Shown: positions 10,370 through 24,583 of the stretch, one piece after another
Numbering within the stretch: the first letter of the stretch is position 1
Layout: every line of letters begins with the position of its first letter
Assembly: GCF_018977255.1 (NCBI RefSeq)
Contig: NW_024704771.1
Coordinates: 744,001 to 808,000, forward strand
Source of the DNA: Callorhinchus milii
Lineage: Eukaryota
DNA length: 64,000 nucleotides
Reading direction: 5' to 3'
Notes under the pieces: generated by a model
Seen by the model: only the letters and a program-made list of their open reading frames with translations
The model's database searches: none
What the model was told of the DNA's origin: nothing
Position numbers and translations under genes: made by a program

Positions 10370-11170
10370 TCAACAACAACAACTTGAACTTATATAGCGC
10401 CCTCCACACCGGACGGCGTCTCAGAGCACTACAAAGAAACGGATCCCGGTGTTGAGTCGGGGGGAGGGGAAGGAAGGTGACCAAAGGCGTGGTCGAAAAG
10501 AAAAGTCTTCAGCCGAGACCTGAAAATAGGAAGAGAGGGGTCGAGGTAAAGGACGTGAGGAAGGGAGTTCCAGGGTCTCAGGGCATAGTGGCTGAAGGCA
10601 CTGCCGCCGAGGGTGGAGAGGAGGGCTCAGGGGACAAGGAGTAGGCCAGACCCTCCTTGGAACAAAGGCCACAGGCACTGTTGTGAGGAGAGAGGAGGTC
10701 AGAGAGGTCGGGGGGTGCAGAGGAGTGGAGGGATTTGAAGACAAGAGTGAGGATCTTGAAGTCGATCCTCTCTGGGACAGGCAGCCAGTGCAAGTGTGGT
10801 GAGCGGGGAGGTGGTACAAAAGGATAGAGCAGTCAACAGTTTGAAAGACAGCAGAGAGGTCATGGAGGAGAAGGAGGCAGAGGGAGCCCTGGACACAGAT
10901 GGACAAAATGACATTATTCACTTTCAGCAAAGCTGTTTCTGCGCTGTGGGCAGCACAGGAACCTGATTGGGGGTACTCGCGAAGGGAGTGGCGGGAGCGG
11001 AGAGAGTGACACAGGGTAGCAAAAACTCATTCCAGGACATTGGAATGGAAAAGGAGGTTGGAGATGGAAAGGTAATTTGAGTTCCGAGAGGGCTTTTAAG
11101 GATGGGGACAGAGCCAGAGGAGAGGGACAGGTTGATGATGTCGGTGATATGTGGGGCAAGAAAGTAAAAT
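10370..11170 (-). mobile_element. L2 LINE fragment
   Basis: Minus-strand HWLPVPERIDFKILTLVFKSLH and ICVQGSLCLLLLHDLSAVF; typical L2 3' end near 10380. Confidence 0.85.
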
Positions 11171-11499
11171 ATAACAAGCGATCAAACAGCGGCTGTAACC
11201 AAAGTTAAATGCAGAGATTATGAATGTTGCAGAATGATTGGTGAGTGAGGTTAGTGCTGCTCACCCCCATTAACCAACATACTTTCCACAGATCAGCCCA
11301 GGTTACCCCATCTCTTACCCTCAGCGATTCCTGTAATAAAAGAGAGAAATGTGCGGGTAGAACAGTGTAATAGTGAGTCGATACTCCCTGCAATACAATG
11401 ATTGGCCGCCGTGTAACTAGTGACACTAATCTTTGTAACTCACAGTAAAACTGGACATGATTCAACACTGAACTAATATCACAGCGCTCTGAGACGCCA

Positions 11500-11930
11500 C
11501 CCGGCATGGAGGTTGATATATGGAGGGTGAGATATGGACCAGGGAGGTATGGAACGTGAGGTCTGGAGGGTGATTTACAGAGGGTGAGGTATGGAGGAGG
11601 GAGGAATGGAGGGTGAGGAGTGGAGGGGGAGGAAAGGAGGGGGGAGGTGTGGAGGGTGAGCTATGGTTCTTCACATCCCATTCCTCGCTCACCCACTCTG
11701 GAACTCCATCCCACAGTCTCTCCAACTTGTCCCATCATTTGCCACCTTCGAGATCAATCTCAAGACCCTGCTCTTCGACCGTACCTTCGATCTCCCTGCC
11801 TCCCACCCGGCCTCCACCCTCACCGACCCCGACCCCCAGGTCAGGTCCGAAACTCTATTTGTCCAGCACCTTGGGATGTCCTCCTGATGTGAAAGCGCTT
11901 TACAAATGTAATTTTGTTGATGTCTCACTG
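11500..11930. mobile_element. L2 3'-end fragments
   Basis: LWNSIPQSLQL...FEINLKTLLF on +; a purine-rich L2-like piece immediately to the left. Confidence 0.65.
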
Positions 11931-14099
11931 AGGTTAACTGTTGCAGTTTGGATACATCTGACAAGAGGGTAATTAACAACTTGACCATGTTGTCAGGAAG
12001 TCTGGCTAAAGCCAGGACACTGGACGTATCGAAAAAACAGCTCAATGCAGTGATGGGGGTGCAGGCGGGGGGTTGGGGGGGAGGAGGCGGGGATGGTTGG
12101 GGACATTGGGATGGATGTTCTGGGAGGATGTGATAAGGTGGAACAAAAGTCCTTCTTCAGCTAAACCAATCTTGGAAAACCTGTGATCTTGTCCTGGTAT
12201 TGAATCTCTGTTAACATTACGGTTAAGATGGGGTTTACAGGCCCAGTTCAAAAGGGAAGGGAATTCTCTCTCCCGGTATCCTGGCCAACAACTCCTCCAA
12301 ATAAAATTGGTCACTCGCTCCACGGCTGTTTGTGGGATATTGCTGTGTGGAAATTGGCTGACACAATTGCCTACAAAGCACACAGTCACTACATTACACT
12401 GTAAAGTGTTTTGGGACATCTCAATCATGTGTTCAGGTGCTGTACCAAATAATAATGAATATTATTATTTTGCTATTGCAGTTATGTTCACACCGTGTGA
12501 TTGGTTTCTAAATAGTTTTCAGTGACAGGTCAACCAGACCAACAACACTGTCACATTACACTTGAATAGATGTTACTTTTCTCAGTATGTTTGAACTTCT
12601 CAATACAACTATTTTCTGTGGACAGGATGTGGACATTTTGTGCACCATCTTCATTGTCAAATCATTTCTGAATTGTATATTAACAGTCCCATTTGCACCA
12701 ATAATTATAATAATAATAATCCTTGCATTTTTTGATATAGGACCTCATCAAGTCTTTGAAATGTCTCAAAATGCTTCAAACAATATATAAAGTATAGTGA
12801 CTGTACATAAACACGGCAGCTATTTGCACATAGCAGTGTCCCACAAACAGTCGTGCATTGAGTGATCAAATTATTATTATTATTTTTGAGTGGATTATTA
12901 GCCTGATCACTTTTGGTGGGTAATAATGTCTCAAAAAAAAAGTAATGGTCACTCAATGTTTGTGGGACACTGCTGTATGCAATTGGCTGCTGCATTTCAC
13001 CCATAAAATAGAATGAGTCAATTCACAGAATAATACAGCACAGAGGTCCATTTGGCCCATCGTGTCTTTGAAAAGAGCTGTCCAAATCAGTCCCTCTCCC
13101 CCGCACTCTCCCCATAGCCCTGCAAACTTGTCCTCCCCAAATAATTATCTACTTCTCTCTTAAAAGTTGTTATCGAATTGGCTTCCACCACTATTTCAGG
13201 CAATTCATTCCAGATCCCAACAACTCGGTGGGTGAAAAAAGTTCTCCTCACCTCTCCACTGGTTCTTTTAAGTTATTTTAAATTGGTTCCCTCGGGATAC
13301 TGACCCACCAACCAGTGGAAATAGTTTCTCCAGATTACTTTGCAATATACGTTATGAAGCGCTTTGAGACGTCTCAATACGTCATAAGGGGCTACAACAA
13401 ATGGAAGGATTATTCTGTTTAGGCTCTCACATCCCTATTAGTCAAACCAGCTGTAGTTCCTAACTACAAGACTAACTCCCCTGGACAGCTTTCCTGATTG
13501 AGCCCAATGTCAAGTTTGTGATGAGGGACATTCCTCTCTCAATGAGTGATACTCAGTCAAAGCAAAGCTCACCTCTGTGTCCCCAGGTGGTGGGTTTGAG
13601 CCCTACATCAGGACGCTGGAGTCTAACGTGACTCCAGTGCAATGCTGGGGGGAGGAGCGTGAACAGAATATGCTGTAGAGTGAATTGATATTATATGATG
13701 CGGGCGAAATGCAGAGCCAATTGCACACAGCAGCGTCCCCATGAACAACCATGGATTGAGGTGACCAATTTATATTTTTTAAAGAAGAAATTATTATCTC
13801 CAGAATAGTGATCCAGCAAACAAATAACAACCGGTGAGAATTGTATGAAATCACACGCCCTCGCTTTGAGCCATTGAGGACAGCTAAGCCACACACACGA
13901 CACACAGCTTCATTAAATACATATTTAATGTTAATAATAATTAAGTAATTTATTATTTGTGACACAAAACACATCGCACTCTTACAATCTACCTGAGAAA
14001 TCCCACACACAGGTAGGAATCCTCAGGCAGGTTATCGTGGGGTCTCCAGCGTTACAGGTGAATCATCTCTGCCGTTCTCTTACTGGTTATTCAGAACTC

Positions 14100-14625
14100 T
14101 GCAGCTTGTGTCCTCTCCAGCACAGGGCTCCGCGAGCCTATCCCCCCCATTCCTGCTCGGCTTCACTGGCTCCCAATCCCTCAGGGAACCGATTATAAAA
14201 CCCTCGTTCTCACCTTCAAGGCCCTCCGTGTTCTTGCTCCCCTCTGCCTCTCCCGACCTCCTAATCCAACATCAGTCTGTCCGCTCCCTCCGCTCGGCAG
14301 ACACCGGCTGCTTCAGGTCCCCCCACACTTCCCACCACACCATTGGCAGTCGGGCATTCAGTATCTCTGCTCCCACACTCCGGAACTGTATCTCACAGTC
14401 CCTCCATCTCACCCCCTCATTTGCCTCCTACAGGTCCCATCTTCGACAGTGCCTTCGGCCACTCTCCCTCCCCCACTCCCACCCCTGCCCTTCACCCCTC
14501 CTGACCCCACTCCCACCCCTGCCCTTCACCCCCCCTGACCCCACTCCCAGCTCAGGTCCAAACCCCCTGACTGTCCAGCGCCCTGGGCCGTCTTTCCAAT
14601 ATGAAGGACGCTGTACAAGTGTAGT
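14100..14625 (+). mobile_element. L2 3' fragment
   Basis: RSLRSADTG...TIGSRAFSISAPTLRNCI, followed by an L2 tail. Confidence 0.8.
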
Positions 14626-15981
14626 GTGTTGTTGTTGTTTGCCGTCTGGGCTGATGTTCTGGTGCAGTGCTGGTGAGCGCTGTTCGGGTGAGACGTTAAA
14701 CCAATGTCCAATCTGTGGCTGTTCAGGTTGACGTTAAAGAGCCGCGGAGCTACTCGAGAAGAGAAGGCAGTTCCTCTGTCCCGTGTCCCGACTGACAATC
14801 CCTCAGATAAACCATTCTCTCACCGCAGGAAAAGTTGTGAGACATTCCTGTGCACCAATTGGCATTTGCTCACGTACACATCAGCGCCACTCGGACTCGG
14901 CGGCCACCGGGTGTAACTGCAGTGAAAAACATTTTGAACGCTGAAGTACATTTTAGGCCATAACTCACGAACGATAAGAGATCCCGAACCCAAACCTGAC
15001 GTGTGACTGACTGACAGTTACAAGTCATTTCCAATGAGGTATAAATCATTGTCTCTACGTTAGTCGGTTATTGAGATCCTTTTTGAAGTGCAGACAGACA
15101 GACCGTTGTTTATTGGCATAAAAGATACAAAAGGGAATCTCCAGCAATTGCAGAAACAGAACAGTCAGTGAAGCTCTGCCTTAAAATCGTGTTCCCTAAT
15201 CAAACATGTGTTGTAATCATAGAATCGTGGAGTTAGACAGCACAGAAGGAGGCCAATCGGCCCATTGTGTCTGTGTCGGCTCTTTGAAATAGTTCTCCAA
15301 ATCAATCCCACTCCCCCGCTCTCTCCCCATAGTTCTGCAAATTTGTCCTCCCCGGATATCTCTCTACTTCTCTTTTGAAAGTTGTTCTCAAATTGCCTTC
15401 CACCCCTTTCAGGCAATGCATTCCAGATACGAACAAAAACATCTTTAATTCTACATTTCGATTACTTCTGTTTTTCAGCATCAAACGTGTAAACTCTTTG
15501 GGGGGAAGGGGACGAGGTTGACATCTCTGAGTGGAGAAATGGGGGTGGGGGGGAGGTGACCATTGCCACGGTCAAAAAGCAAGATTTTCAGGTGCGACTT
15601 GAAAAAGGTGAGAGAGGAGGGAAGGCAGAGGTATTGAGGGAGAGTGTTCCAGAATTTCGGGGTGTAGAGGCTCAATAGGTGACCTCAAATGATGGAGCAG
15701 AGGGAGTGATGGAGAGATTGAGATTGTTGTAGCCAGTGTCACACTCTCTGGGTTTGTTATCTTTGTTATCTGGGTTTGCCGCTCTCTCTCCTCACCCACA
15801 CTGGAATGAACTTTGCTCTGTTTACACATCAATGTCTTCACAGTTTAATCCTAGAAGTTATTCACAATCCCAGCTCCAAAGGTCATCGATAAAGGAGTGA
15901 AGTGAACTCTGTCACAGTGCGGGTCACACACACCACAGACCACAGTGTGTGAGATAGAACCAGAGAAAACTGAAGGTGAAC

Positions 15982-17326
15982 ATGGCTTCGAGACACCAGG
16001 ACCAGAGCTGGATTGAGGAGTTAAAGTGTCCTGTTTGTCTGGATCTCTTTACTGATCCCGTTTCCCTGGAGTGTGGCCACATCTACTGTTGATGTATCAC
16101 ACGGAGCCGGGAAACACAGGAGACAAACTCCTGTCCTGAATGTCGACAGGTTGATGGTAAAAGTAACCTGAGGGTTAATTGGGCTCTGGCGAATCTGTTC
16201 GAGAGAATTCGATGTCTAAGCCTGACTCCGACACTGAGAAAGTCAGGGTCACTGTGAGGAGCATCAGGGGGAACTGAAGCTGTTTTGTGAAACTGACAAG
16301 AAATTGATCTGTCTGATTTGTAGAGATGCTCAGAAAACAGAAATGCAACTTCATGCCAATACAGGAGGCTGTTCAGGTGTATAAGGTAAAACACCAGCTT
16401 GTCAATCGTGCTCAGTCTTATCTCAGTCTGTGTTTGTTTCATTCTCATACCTCACACCCTCTGTTGCCTCCTTCAAGTCCCATCTCAAGATTCTCCTCTT
16501 CGACTGTGCCTTTGGTCATCTTCATACACGTACCCTCCCTGCCCTCCACCCTCCTGAACACAACCAGGGTGTGGATCACTGACCGTCCAGTGCCTTCGAC
16601 CGTGCCTTCAGCTCCCGTCTCGACTCTCTACACCCTCCTCGCTCCCTCCCTTCCCTTTCCTCCCCTCACTCTGACCATTTCCCCCCTCATTCCCTCCCTT
16701 CCCTCCCCTCACCCTGACCATTTCCCACCTGCTCGGGTCCCGACCCAACTGTCATATATATATATATGTCATATAGTTCGGGACATATGTGCATGTGACC
16801 ACCAGGAACATGGAAGGCAAACTAGATGGACTTTGGGCTTTATTCATCTCACATTTCTTATGTCCTAATAATTAAACAAGAGTTTTCTTACTGTTTGTAT
16901 TTAATTCCAGGACAAAGTGAAATCCTCCTTAGCTTCTCTCACACAGAGGAAGGCCACTGCTCTTGGAGCTGAAGTTAAACAGAAACAGAATATTTCACAA
17001 GTGAAGGTAAGTTGTGTCGGGACTGATGTCAGGGCTCTCAGTCGTGTGTCTCTCTTTACTGTGCACAGTGTGATGTCCGATGCTTCATTTTGCAGCAACA
17101 GGCGAACAGTCTGGAGAACCACGTCACGGCAGAGTTTGCTAAAATGCGCCACAGCCTCACTGACAGAGAGGAGCGTGTAATCCGAGAGATCAGAGAGTGA
17201 GAGGAGGAGATGTTACACCAAATGGAGAATAATCTGCGACAGATTCAGGACAAGTTAGATTCTACAAAACATAATCTGTCAGAGTTACAGAAACTGATGG
17301 AAAAGGACACACTCACCTTTCTGCAG
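15982..17326 (+). pseudogene. TRIM (RING-B-box-coiled-coil) pseudogene lacking its 3' exons
   Basis: Exon 15982-16385: [34 protein letters not shown] and B-box HCEEHQGELKLFCETDKKLICLICRD. Characteristic 96-nt (16911-17006) and 231-nt (17096-17326) coiled-coil exons with AG/GT. TGA at 16090 and 17198; frameshifts near 16240 and 16340. Confidence 0.92.
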
Positions 17327-17929
17327 GTAAAGAGATTAAATTATAATGGAGTTCAGTAACAGTTACACACAGTCTGGAGCAGAAAGTCAAAGTCTGGCTG
17401 TTAAACAGCCCAGAGATTTTATTGATTATTTGGTATTTTCTGATGGCGACTCTGCTGCTGTCACTCAGTACAGAACTGAACCCACATCAGTCACTCCCAG
17501 GGCCTGCGGTGTCCCTGCAAAGCCAACATCCAGGGACACGTCAGCTGTGGTTATCCTGGGATCAACATTTATTCATCTGTGGGAGAATGTTATCATTTAC
17601 CATCTAATTACAGTGCAATCCTCTTACTGTTCTAATTACTGTATCTACTGTTGAGTACAGATACATCTGTCTATCTGTCTATCTGTGACCAGGGCTCCCT
17701 CTGCCTCCTCATCCTCCTCGACCTCTCTGCTGCCTTTGATATACCATAGACCACTCCATCCTCCTCCACCGCCTCTCCTCTCACCTCAACCTTTAAGGTC
17801 CCTCAGAGGATAGAATTCAAAATCCTTGTCCTCACTTTCAAGGCCCTCCTCGGCCTTGTCCCCTCCTACATCTCTGACCTGTTGACCCACCACCAACCTG
17901 TCCGCTCCCTCCATTCAGCTGCTCCACTG

Positions 17930-19940
17930 AGACACACAGTGTGACACACACTGTACATTCAGAGACACACATACTCTCTCTCTGACCCACACTCATATAC
18001 ACACGGTGTCGCACACTGAGACACACCCTCTCACACACTCTCTCTCTCTAACTGCATTATACACTGTAAACACAATCTTATACACTCTGTCGCACACACT
18101 AAACACACATGTGCTCTTTCTGTTTCACACACGCTGTACACACAGTCTGATACTCTGTCAGGCGCACACACTGTACACACTGAGATCAAGTGTCACACAC
18201 ACTACACACACGATGTCACAAACACTACACTGAGATACACACTATCACACATACTATACACACTGTCACACACACTGAGACAGTGTCACACACACTGTCC
18301 ACACTAAGACACACTGTCACACACTGTACAAACACTGAGACACTGTCACACACACTGTGTACATTGAGACACACTGTCACACACACACTGTGTAGACTGA
18401 GCCACAGTCACACACACACTGTGTACATTGAGACACACTGTCACACACACACTGTGTAGACTGAGCCACAGTCACACACACACTGTGTACATTGAGACAC
18501 ACTGTCACACACACTCTATCACATACACAATGTACATCTATACACACACACTTGTACACTCGCTGTGCACACACATACACTCTTTAACACACCCTCTTTC
18601 TGTGCACACACACACACTCTTATACTCCCTCTCTGTGCAAAAACACACTGTTGCACATTGTCTCTGTACACACACACATTGTTTTATACTTTCTCTTTCT
18701 GTGCACACACACTCTTGTTCACTCTCTGTGTGCACACAGACATTTTTATACACTCTCAGTGTATGAACCACACTCTTGTACACACATTCTCTCTTTCTCT
18801 GCACACACACACACACACTGGGACACAATCTCTCTCTCTGTGCACACACACACTCTCTCTGTGCACACAGTCTTGTACTCTCTCTCTCTGAACACACATA
18901 CACACTCTCTACCACATACACAATGTACACACACACTCTTACAAACAATCTTGTACACTCTCTCTGCACACAGACACTCTCTGTATGTCACACACTGACA
19001 CACACTCTCTCTCTACACACACTCTTGTACACACACTCTCTCTGCACACATTCTCTCTACACACACACACTTGTACACTCTCACTGTGCACACACAGTCT
19101 TACACAGACTCTCTCTGTGCACACACTCTCTCTCTTCACACACACTGTTGTACACTCTATCTCTCTGTGCACACACAACAGTCTTGTACAGACTATCTCT
19201 CTCTCTGCACACACACACACTCTCTCTCTCTGCGCACACACTCTCTCTCTGCACCCACACTCTCTCTGCACACACACTGTTGTACTCTCTCTCTCTGTGC
19301 ACACACACACACTCTCTGCACACACACTGTTGTACTCTCTCTGTGCACACACTCTGTCTGCACACACACTCTGTCTGCACACACACTGTTGTACACTCTA
19401 TCTCTGTGCACACACAACAGTCTTGTACAGACTCTCTCTTTCTGTGCACACACATACACTCTCTCTGCACATACACACTCTCTGTGCACACTCTCTATCT
19501 CTCTGCACACACACTTTTGTACTCTCTCTCTCTGTGCACACACACTCTCTGCACACACACTGTTGTACTCTCTCTCTCTGTGCACACTCTCTATCTCTCT
19601 GCACACACACTGTTGTACACTGTATCTGTCTGTGCACACACAACAGTCTTGTACATAATTTCTCTCTCTCTCTGTGCACACATTCTCTCTCTCTGCACAC
19701 ACACTCTCTCTGCACACACTGTTATACTCTCTCTGTGTGCACACACACACTCTCTGCACACACACTGTTGTACTCTCTCTGTGTGCACACACAACAGTCT
19801 TGTACAGACTCTCTCTCTCTGTTTGCACACACTTACACTCTCTGTGCACACACACTCTCTCTCTGTGCACATACACACTCTTTATCTCTCTGCACACACA
19901 CTGTTATACACACACTCTCTCTCTCTGTACACACACACAG
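17930..19940. repeat. Compound CA/CT microsatellite and minisatellite array
   Basis: Recurrent cacacactgttgtactctctctctgtgca-like units. Confidence 0.9.
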
Positions 19941-19950
19941 ATCAGATGAA

Positions 19951-20032
19951 GGAAATTTCTCAGAAAACGATGTGTTTTAACAAACCCGGAAATTAAGCAG
20001 TTGCTGTTTTTGCTGCGGAACTGAAGGTAACT
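19951..20032 (+). promoter_or_regulatory. Candidate promoter / non-coding first exon of gene A (copy 1 of 3)
   Basis: GAS TTCTCAGAA 19957-19965, ETS CCGGAA 19986-19991, donor AAG|gtaact at 20026/20027. Copies have donors at 21625 and 23180. Confidence 0.45.
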
Positions 20033-23000
20033 GTGAGGAGTGACCAGACAGCAATGTGAGGAGTGACCAGACAGCAATGTGAGGAGTGACCGGGCCAGAC
20101 AGCAATGTGAGGAGTGACCAGACAGCAATGTGAGGAGTGACCGGGCCAGACAGCAATGTGAGGAGTGACCGGGCCAGACGGCAATGTGAGGAGTGACCGG
20201 GCCAGACAGCAATGTGAGGAGTGACCAGACAGCAGTGTGAGGAGTGACAGGGCCAGACAGCAGTGTGAGGAGTGACCGGGCCAGACAGCAATGTGAAGAG
20301 TGACCAGGCCAGACAGCAATGTGAGGAGTGACCAGGACAGACAGCAATGTGAGGAGTGACCGGGCCAGACAGCAGTGTGAGGAGTGACCAGGCCAGACAG
20401 CAATGTGAGGAGTGACCGGGCCAAACGGCAATGTGAGGAGTGACCAGGCCAGACGGCAATGTGAGGAGTGACCAGGCCAGACGGCAATGTGAGGAGTGAC
20501 CAGGCCAGACAGCAATGTGAGGAGTGACCGGGCCAGACAGCAATGTGAGGAGTGACCGGGCCAGACAGCACTGTGAGGAGTGACCGGGCCAGACAGCACT
20601 GTGAGGAGTGACCGGGCCAGACAGCACTGTGAGGAGTGACCGGGCCAGACAGCACTGTGAGGAGTGACCAGGCCAGACAGCAATGTGAGGAGTGACCGGG
20701 CCAGACAGCAATGTGAGGAGTGACCGGGCCAGACAGCAATGTGAGGAGTGACCGGGCCAGACAGCAATGTGAGGAGTGACCGGGCCAGACAGCAGTGTGA
20801 GGAGTGACCGGGCCAGACAGCAATGTGAGGAGTGACCGGGCCAGACAGCAGTGTGAGGAGTGACCGGGCCAGACAACAATGTGAGGAGTGACCGGGCCAG
20901 ACAGCAATGTGAGGAGTGACCGGGCCAGACAGCAATGTGAGGAGTGACCGGGCCAGACAGCAATGTGAGGAGTGACCGGGCCAGACAGCAATGTGAGGAG
21001 TGACCGGGCCAGACAGCAATGTGAGGAGTGACCGGGCCAGACAGCAATGTGAGGAGTGACCAGGCCAGACAGCAATGTGAGGAGTGACCGGGCCAGACGG
21101 CAATGTGAGGAGTGACCGGGCCAGACAGCAGTGTGAGGAGCTGCTTTCAACATCAACACTGAACATCACAGGACTTTTCCCCACTTTATATTGTGGGGAA
21201 TATTTGAGCTGCACTTTCCCTGTTTGTGGGGCTATAACCAGATTTCCACAGAAACCGAAACCTCTGGACATCGCCATCGCCACAGTCTTGTACATAATTT
21301 CTCTCTCTCTCTGTGCACACATTCTCTCTCTCTGCACACACACTCTCTCTGCACACACTGTTATACTCTCTCTGTGTGCACACACACACTCTCTGCACAC
21401 ACACTGTTGTACTCTCTCTGTGTGCACACACTTACACTCTCTGTGCACACACACTCTCTCTCTGTGCACATACACACTCTTTATCTCTCTGCACACACAC
21501 TGTTATACACACACACTCTCTCTCTGTACACACACACAGATCAGATGAAGGAAATTTCTCAGAAAACGATGTGTTTTAACAAACCCGGAAATTAAGCAGT
21601 TGCTGTTTTTGCTGCGGAACTGAAGGTAACTGTGAGGAGTGACCAGACAGCAATGTGAGGAGTGACCAGACAGCAATGTGAGGAGTGACCAGACAGCAAT
21701 GTGAGGAGTGACCAGACAGCAATGTGAGGAGTGACCAGGACAGACAGCAATGTGAGGAGTGACCGGGCCAGACAGCAGTGTGAGGAGTGACCAGGCCAGA
21801 CAGCAATGTGAGGAGTGACCGGGCCAAACGGCAATGTGAGGAGTGACCAGGCCAGACGGCAATGTGAGGAGTGACCAGGCCAGACGGCAATGTGAGGAGT
21901 GACCAGGCCAGACAGCAATGTGAGGAGTGACCGGGCCAGACAGCAATGTGAGGAGTGACCGGGCCAGACAGCACTGTGAGGAGTGACCGGGCCAGACAGC
22001 ACTGTGAGGAGTGACCGGGCCAGACAGCACTGTGAGGAGTGACCGGGCCAGACAGCACTGTGAGGAGTGACCAGGCCAGACAGCAATGTGAGGAGTGACC
22101 GGGCCAGACAGCAATGTGAGGAGTGACCGGGCCAGACAGCAATGTGAGGAGTGACCGGGCCAGACAGCAATGTGAGGAGTGACCGGGCCAGACAGCAGTG
22201 TGAGGAGTGACCGGGCCAGACAGCAATGTGAGGAGTGACCGGGCCAGACAGCAGTGTGAGGAGTGACCGGGCCAGACAACAATGTGAGGAGTGACCGGGC
22301 CAGACAGCAATGTGAGGAGTGACCGGGCCAGACAGCAATGTGAGGAGTGACCGGGCCAGACAGCAATGTGAGGAGTGACCGGGCCAGACAGCAATGTGAG
22401 GAGTGACCGGGCCAGACAGCAATGTGAGGAGTGACCGGGCCAGACAGCAATGTGAGGAGTGACCAGGCCAGACAGCAATGTGAGGAGTGACCGGGCCAGA
22501 CGGCAATGTGAGGAGTGACCGGGCCAGACAGCAGTGTGAGGAGTGACCAGGCCAGACAGCAATGTGAGGAGTGACCGGGCCAGACAGCAATGTGAGGAGT
22601 GACCGGGCCAGACAGCAATGTGAGGAGTGACCGGGACAGACAGCAATGTGAGGAGCTGCTTTCAACATCAACACTGAACATCACAGGACTTTTCCCCACT
22701 TTATATTGTGGGGAATATTTGAGCTGCACTTTCCCTGTTTGTGGGGCTATAACCAGATTTCCACAGAAACCGAAACCTCTGGACATCGCCATCGCCACAG
22801 TCTTGTACATAATTTCTCTCTCTCTCTGTGCACACATTCTCTCTCTCTGCACACACACTCTCTCTGCACACACTGTTATACTCTCTCTGTGTGCACACAC
22901 ACACTCTCTGCACACACACTGTTGTACTCTCTCTGTGTGCACACACAACAGTCTTGTACAGACTCTCTCTCTCTGTTTGCACACACTTACACTCTCTGTG

Positions 23001-24462
23001 CACACACACTCTCTCTCTGTGCACATACACACTCTTTATCTCTCTGCACACACACTGTTATACACACACACTCTCTCTCTGTACACACACACAGATCAGA
23101 TGAAGGAAATTTCTCAGAAAACGATGTGTTTTAACAAACCCGGAAATTAAGCAGTTGCTGTTTTTGCTGCGGAACTGAAGGTAACTGTGAGGAGTGACCA
23201 GACAGCAATGTGAGGAGTGACCAGACAGCAATGTGAGGAGTGACCGGGCCAGACAGCAATGTGAGGAGTGACCAGACAGCAATGTGAGGAGTGACCGGGC
23301 CAGACAGCAATGTGAGGAGTGACCGGGCCAGACGGCAATGTGAGGAGTGACCGGGCCAGACAGCAATGTGAGGAGTGACCAGACAGCAGTGTGAGGAGTG
23401 ACAGGGCCAGACAGCAGTGTGAGGAGTGACCGGGCCAGACAGCAACGTGAAGAGTGACCAGGCCAGACAGCAATGTGAGGAGTGACCAGGCCAGACAGCA
23501 GTGTGAGGAGTGACCAGGCCAGACAGCAATGTGAGGAGTGACCGGGCCAGACAGCAGTGTGAGGAGTGACCTGGCCAAACGGCAATGTGAGGAGTGACCT
23601 GGCCAAACGGCAATGTGAGGAGTGACCAGGCCAGACGGCAATGTGAGGAGTGACCAGGCCAGACGGCAATGTGAGGAGTGACCGGGCCAGACAGCAATGT
23701 GAGGAGTGACCGGGCCAGACAGCAATGTGAGGAGTGACCGGGCCAGACAGCAATGTGAAGAGTGACCGGGCCAGACAGCAGTGTGAGGAGTGACCTGGCC
23801 AAACGGCAATGTGAGGAGTGACCTGGCCAAACGGCAATGTGAGGAGTGACCAGGCCAGACGGCAATGTGAGGAGTGACCAGGCCAGACGGCAATGTGAGG
23901 AGTGACCGGGCCAGACAGCAATGTGAGGAGTGACCGGGCCAGACAGCAGTGTGAGGAGTGACCAGGCCAGACAGCAGTGTGAGGAGTGACCAGGCCAGAC
24001 AGCAATGTGAGGAGTGACTGGGCCAGACAGCAGTGTGAGGAGTGACCTGGCCAAACGGCAATGTGAGGAGTGACCTGGCCAAACGGCAATGTGAGGAGTG
24101 ACCAGGCCAGACGGCAATGTGAGGAGTGACCAGGCCAGACGGCAATGTGAGGAGTGACCGGGCCAGACAGCAATGTGAGGAGTGACCGGGCCAGACAGCA
24201 ATGTGAGGAGTGACCGGGCCAGACAGCAATGTGAGGAGTGACCAGGCCAGACAGCAATGTGAGGAGTGACCGGGCCAGACAGCAATGTGAGGAGTGACCG
24301 GGACAGACAGCAATGTGAGGAGTGACCGGGCCAGACGGCAATGTGAGGAGTGACCGGGACAGACAGCAATGTGAGGAGTGACCGGGCCAGACGGCAATGT
24401 GAGGAGTGACCGGGCCAGACGGCAATGTGAGGAGTGACCAGGCCAGACAGCAATGTGAGGAG
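20030..24462 (+). repeat. 28-bp minisatellite arrays (20030-21140, 21630-22655, 23185-24462)
   Basis: Unit gtgaggagtgaccgggccagacagcaat, with 23-bp deletion variants; roughly 37-46 units per array. Confidence 0.95.
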
Positions 24463-24572
24463 CTGCTTTCAACATCAACACTGAACATCACAGGACTTTT
24501 CCCCACTTTATATTGTGGGGAATATTTGAGCTGCACTTTCCCTGTTTGTGGGGCTATAACCAGATTTCCACA

Positions 24573-24583
24573 GAAACCGAAAC
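24573..24583 (+). promoter_or_regulatory. ISRE-like element (also at 21251-21261 and 22766-22776)
   Basis: GAAACCGAAAC fits the GAAANNGAAA IRF/ISGF3 consensus; ~690 bp upstream of the gene A ATG. Confidence 0.5.

Noticed and set aside
15133-15142. Perfect NF-kB site GGGAATCTCC upstream of the TRIM
   Set aside because: Several matches to this degenerate 10-mer are expected by chance in 64 kb, and it is isolated upstream of a pseudogene.
17930-19996. His/Thr/Cys-rich and Val/Cys-rich ORFs
   Set aside because: Translations of CA/CT microsatellites.
20560-20660. 28 bp equals the length of a 12-RSS, and some units contain the heptamer CACAGTG on the minus strand
   Set aside because: The nonamer position reads GTCACTCCT, unlike ACAAAAACC, and there are no V/D/J segments nearby.
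20030-24462. CRISPR-like appearance of the 28-bp array
   Set aside because: Units are head-to-tail with no unique spacers, there are no cas genes, and the context is eukaryotic.
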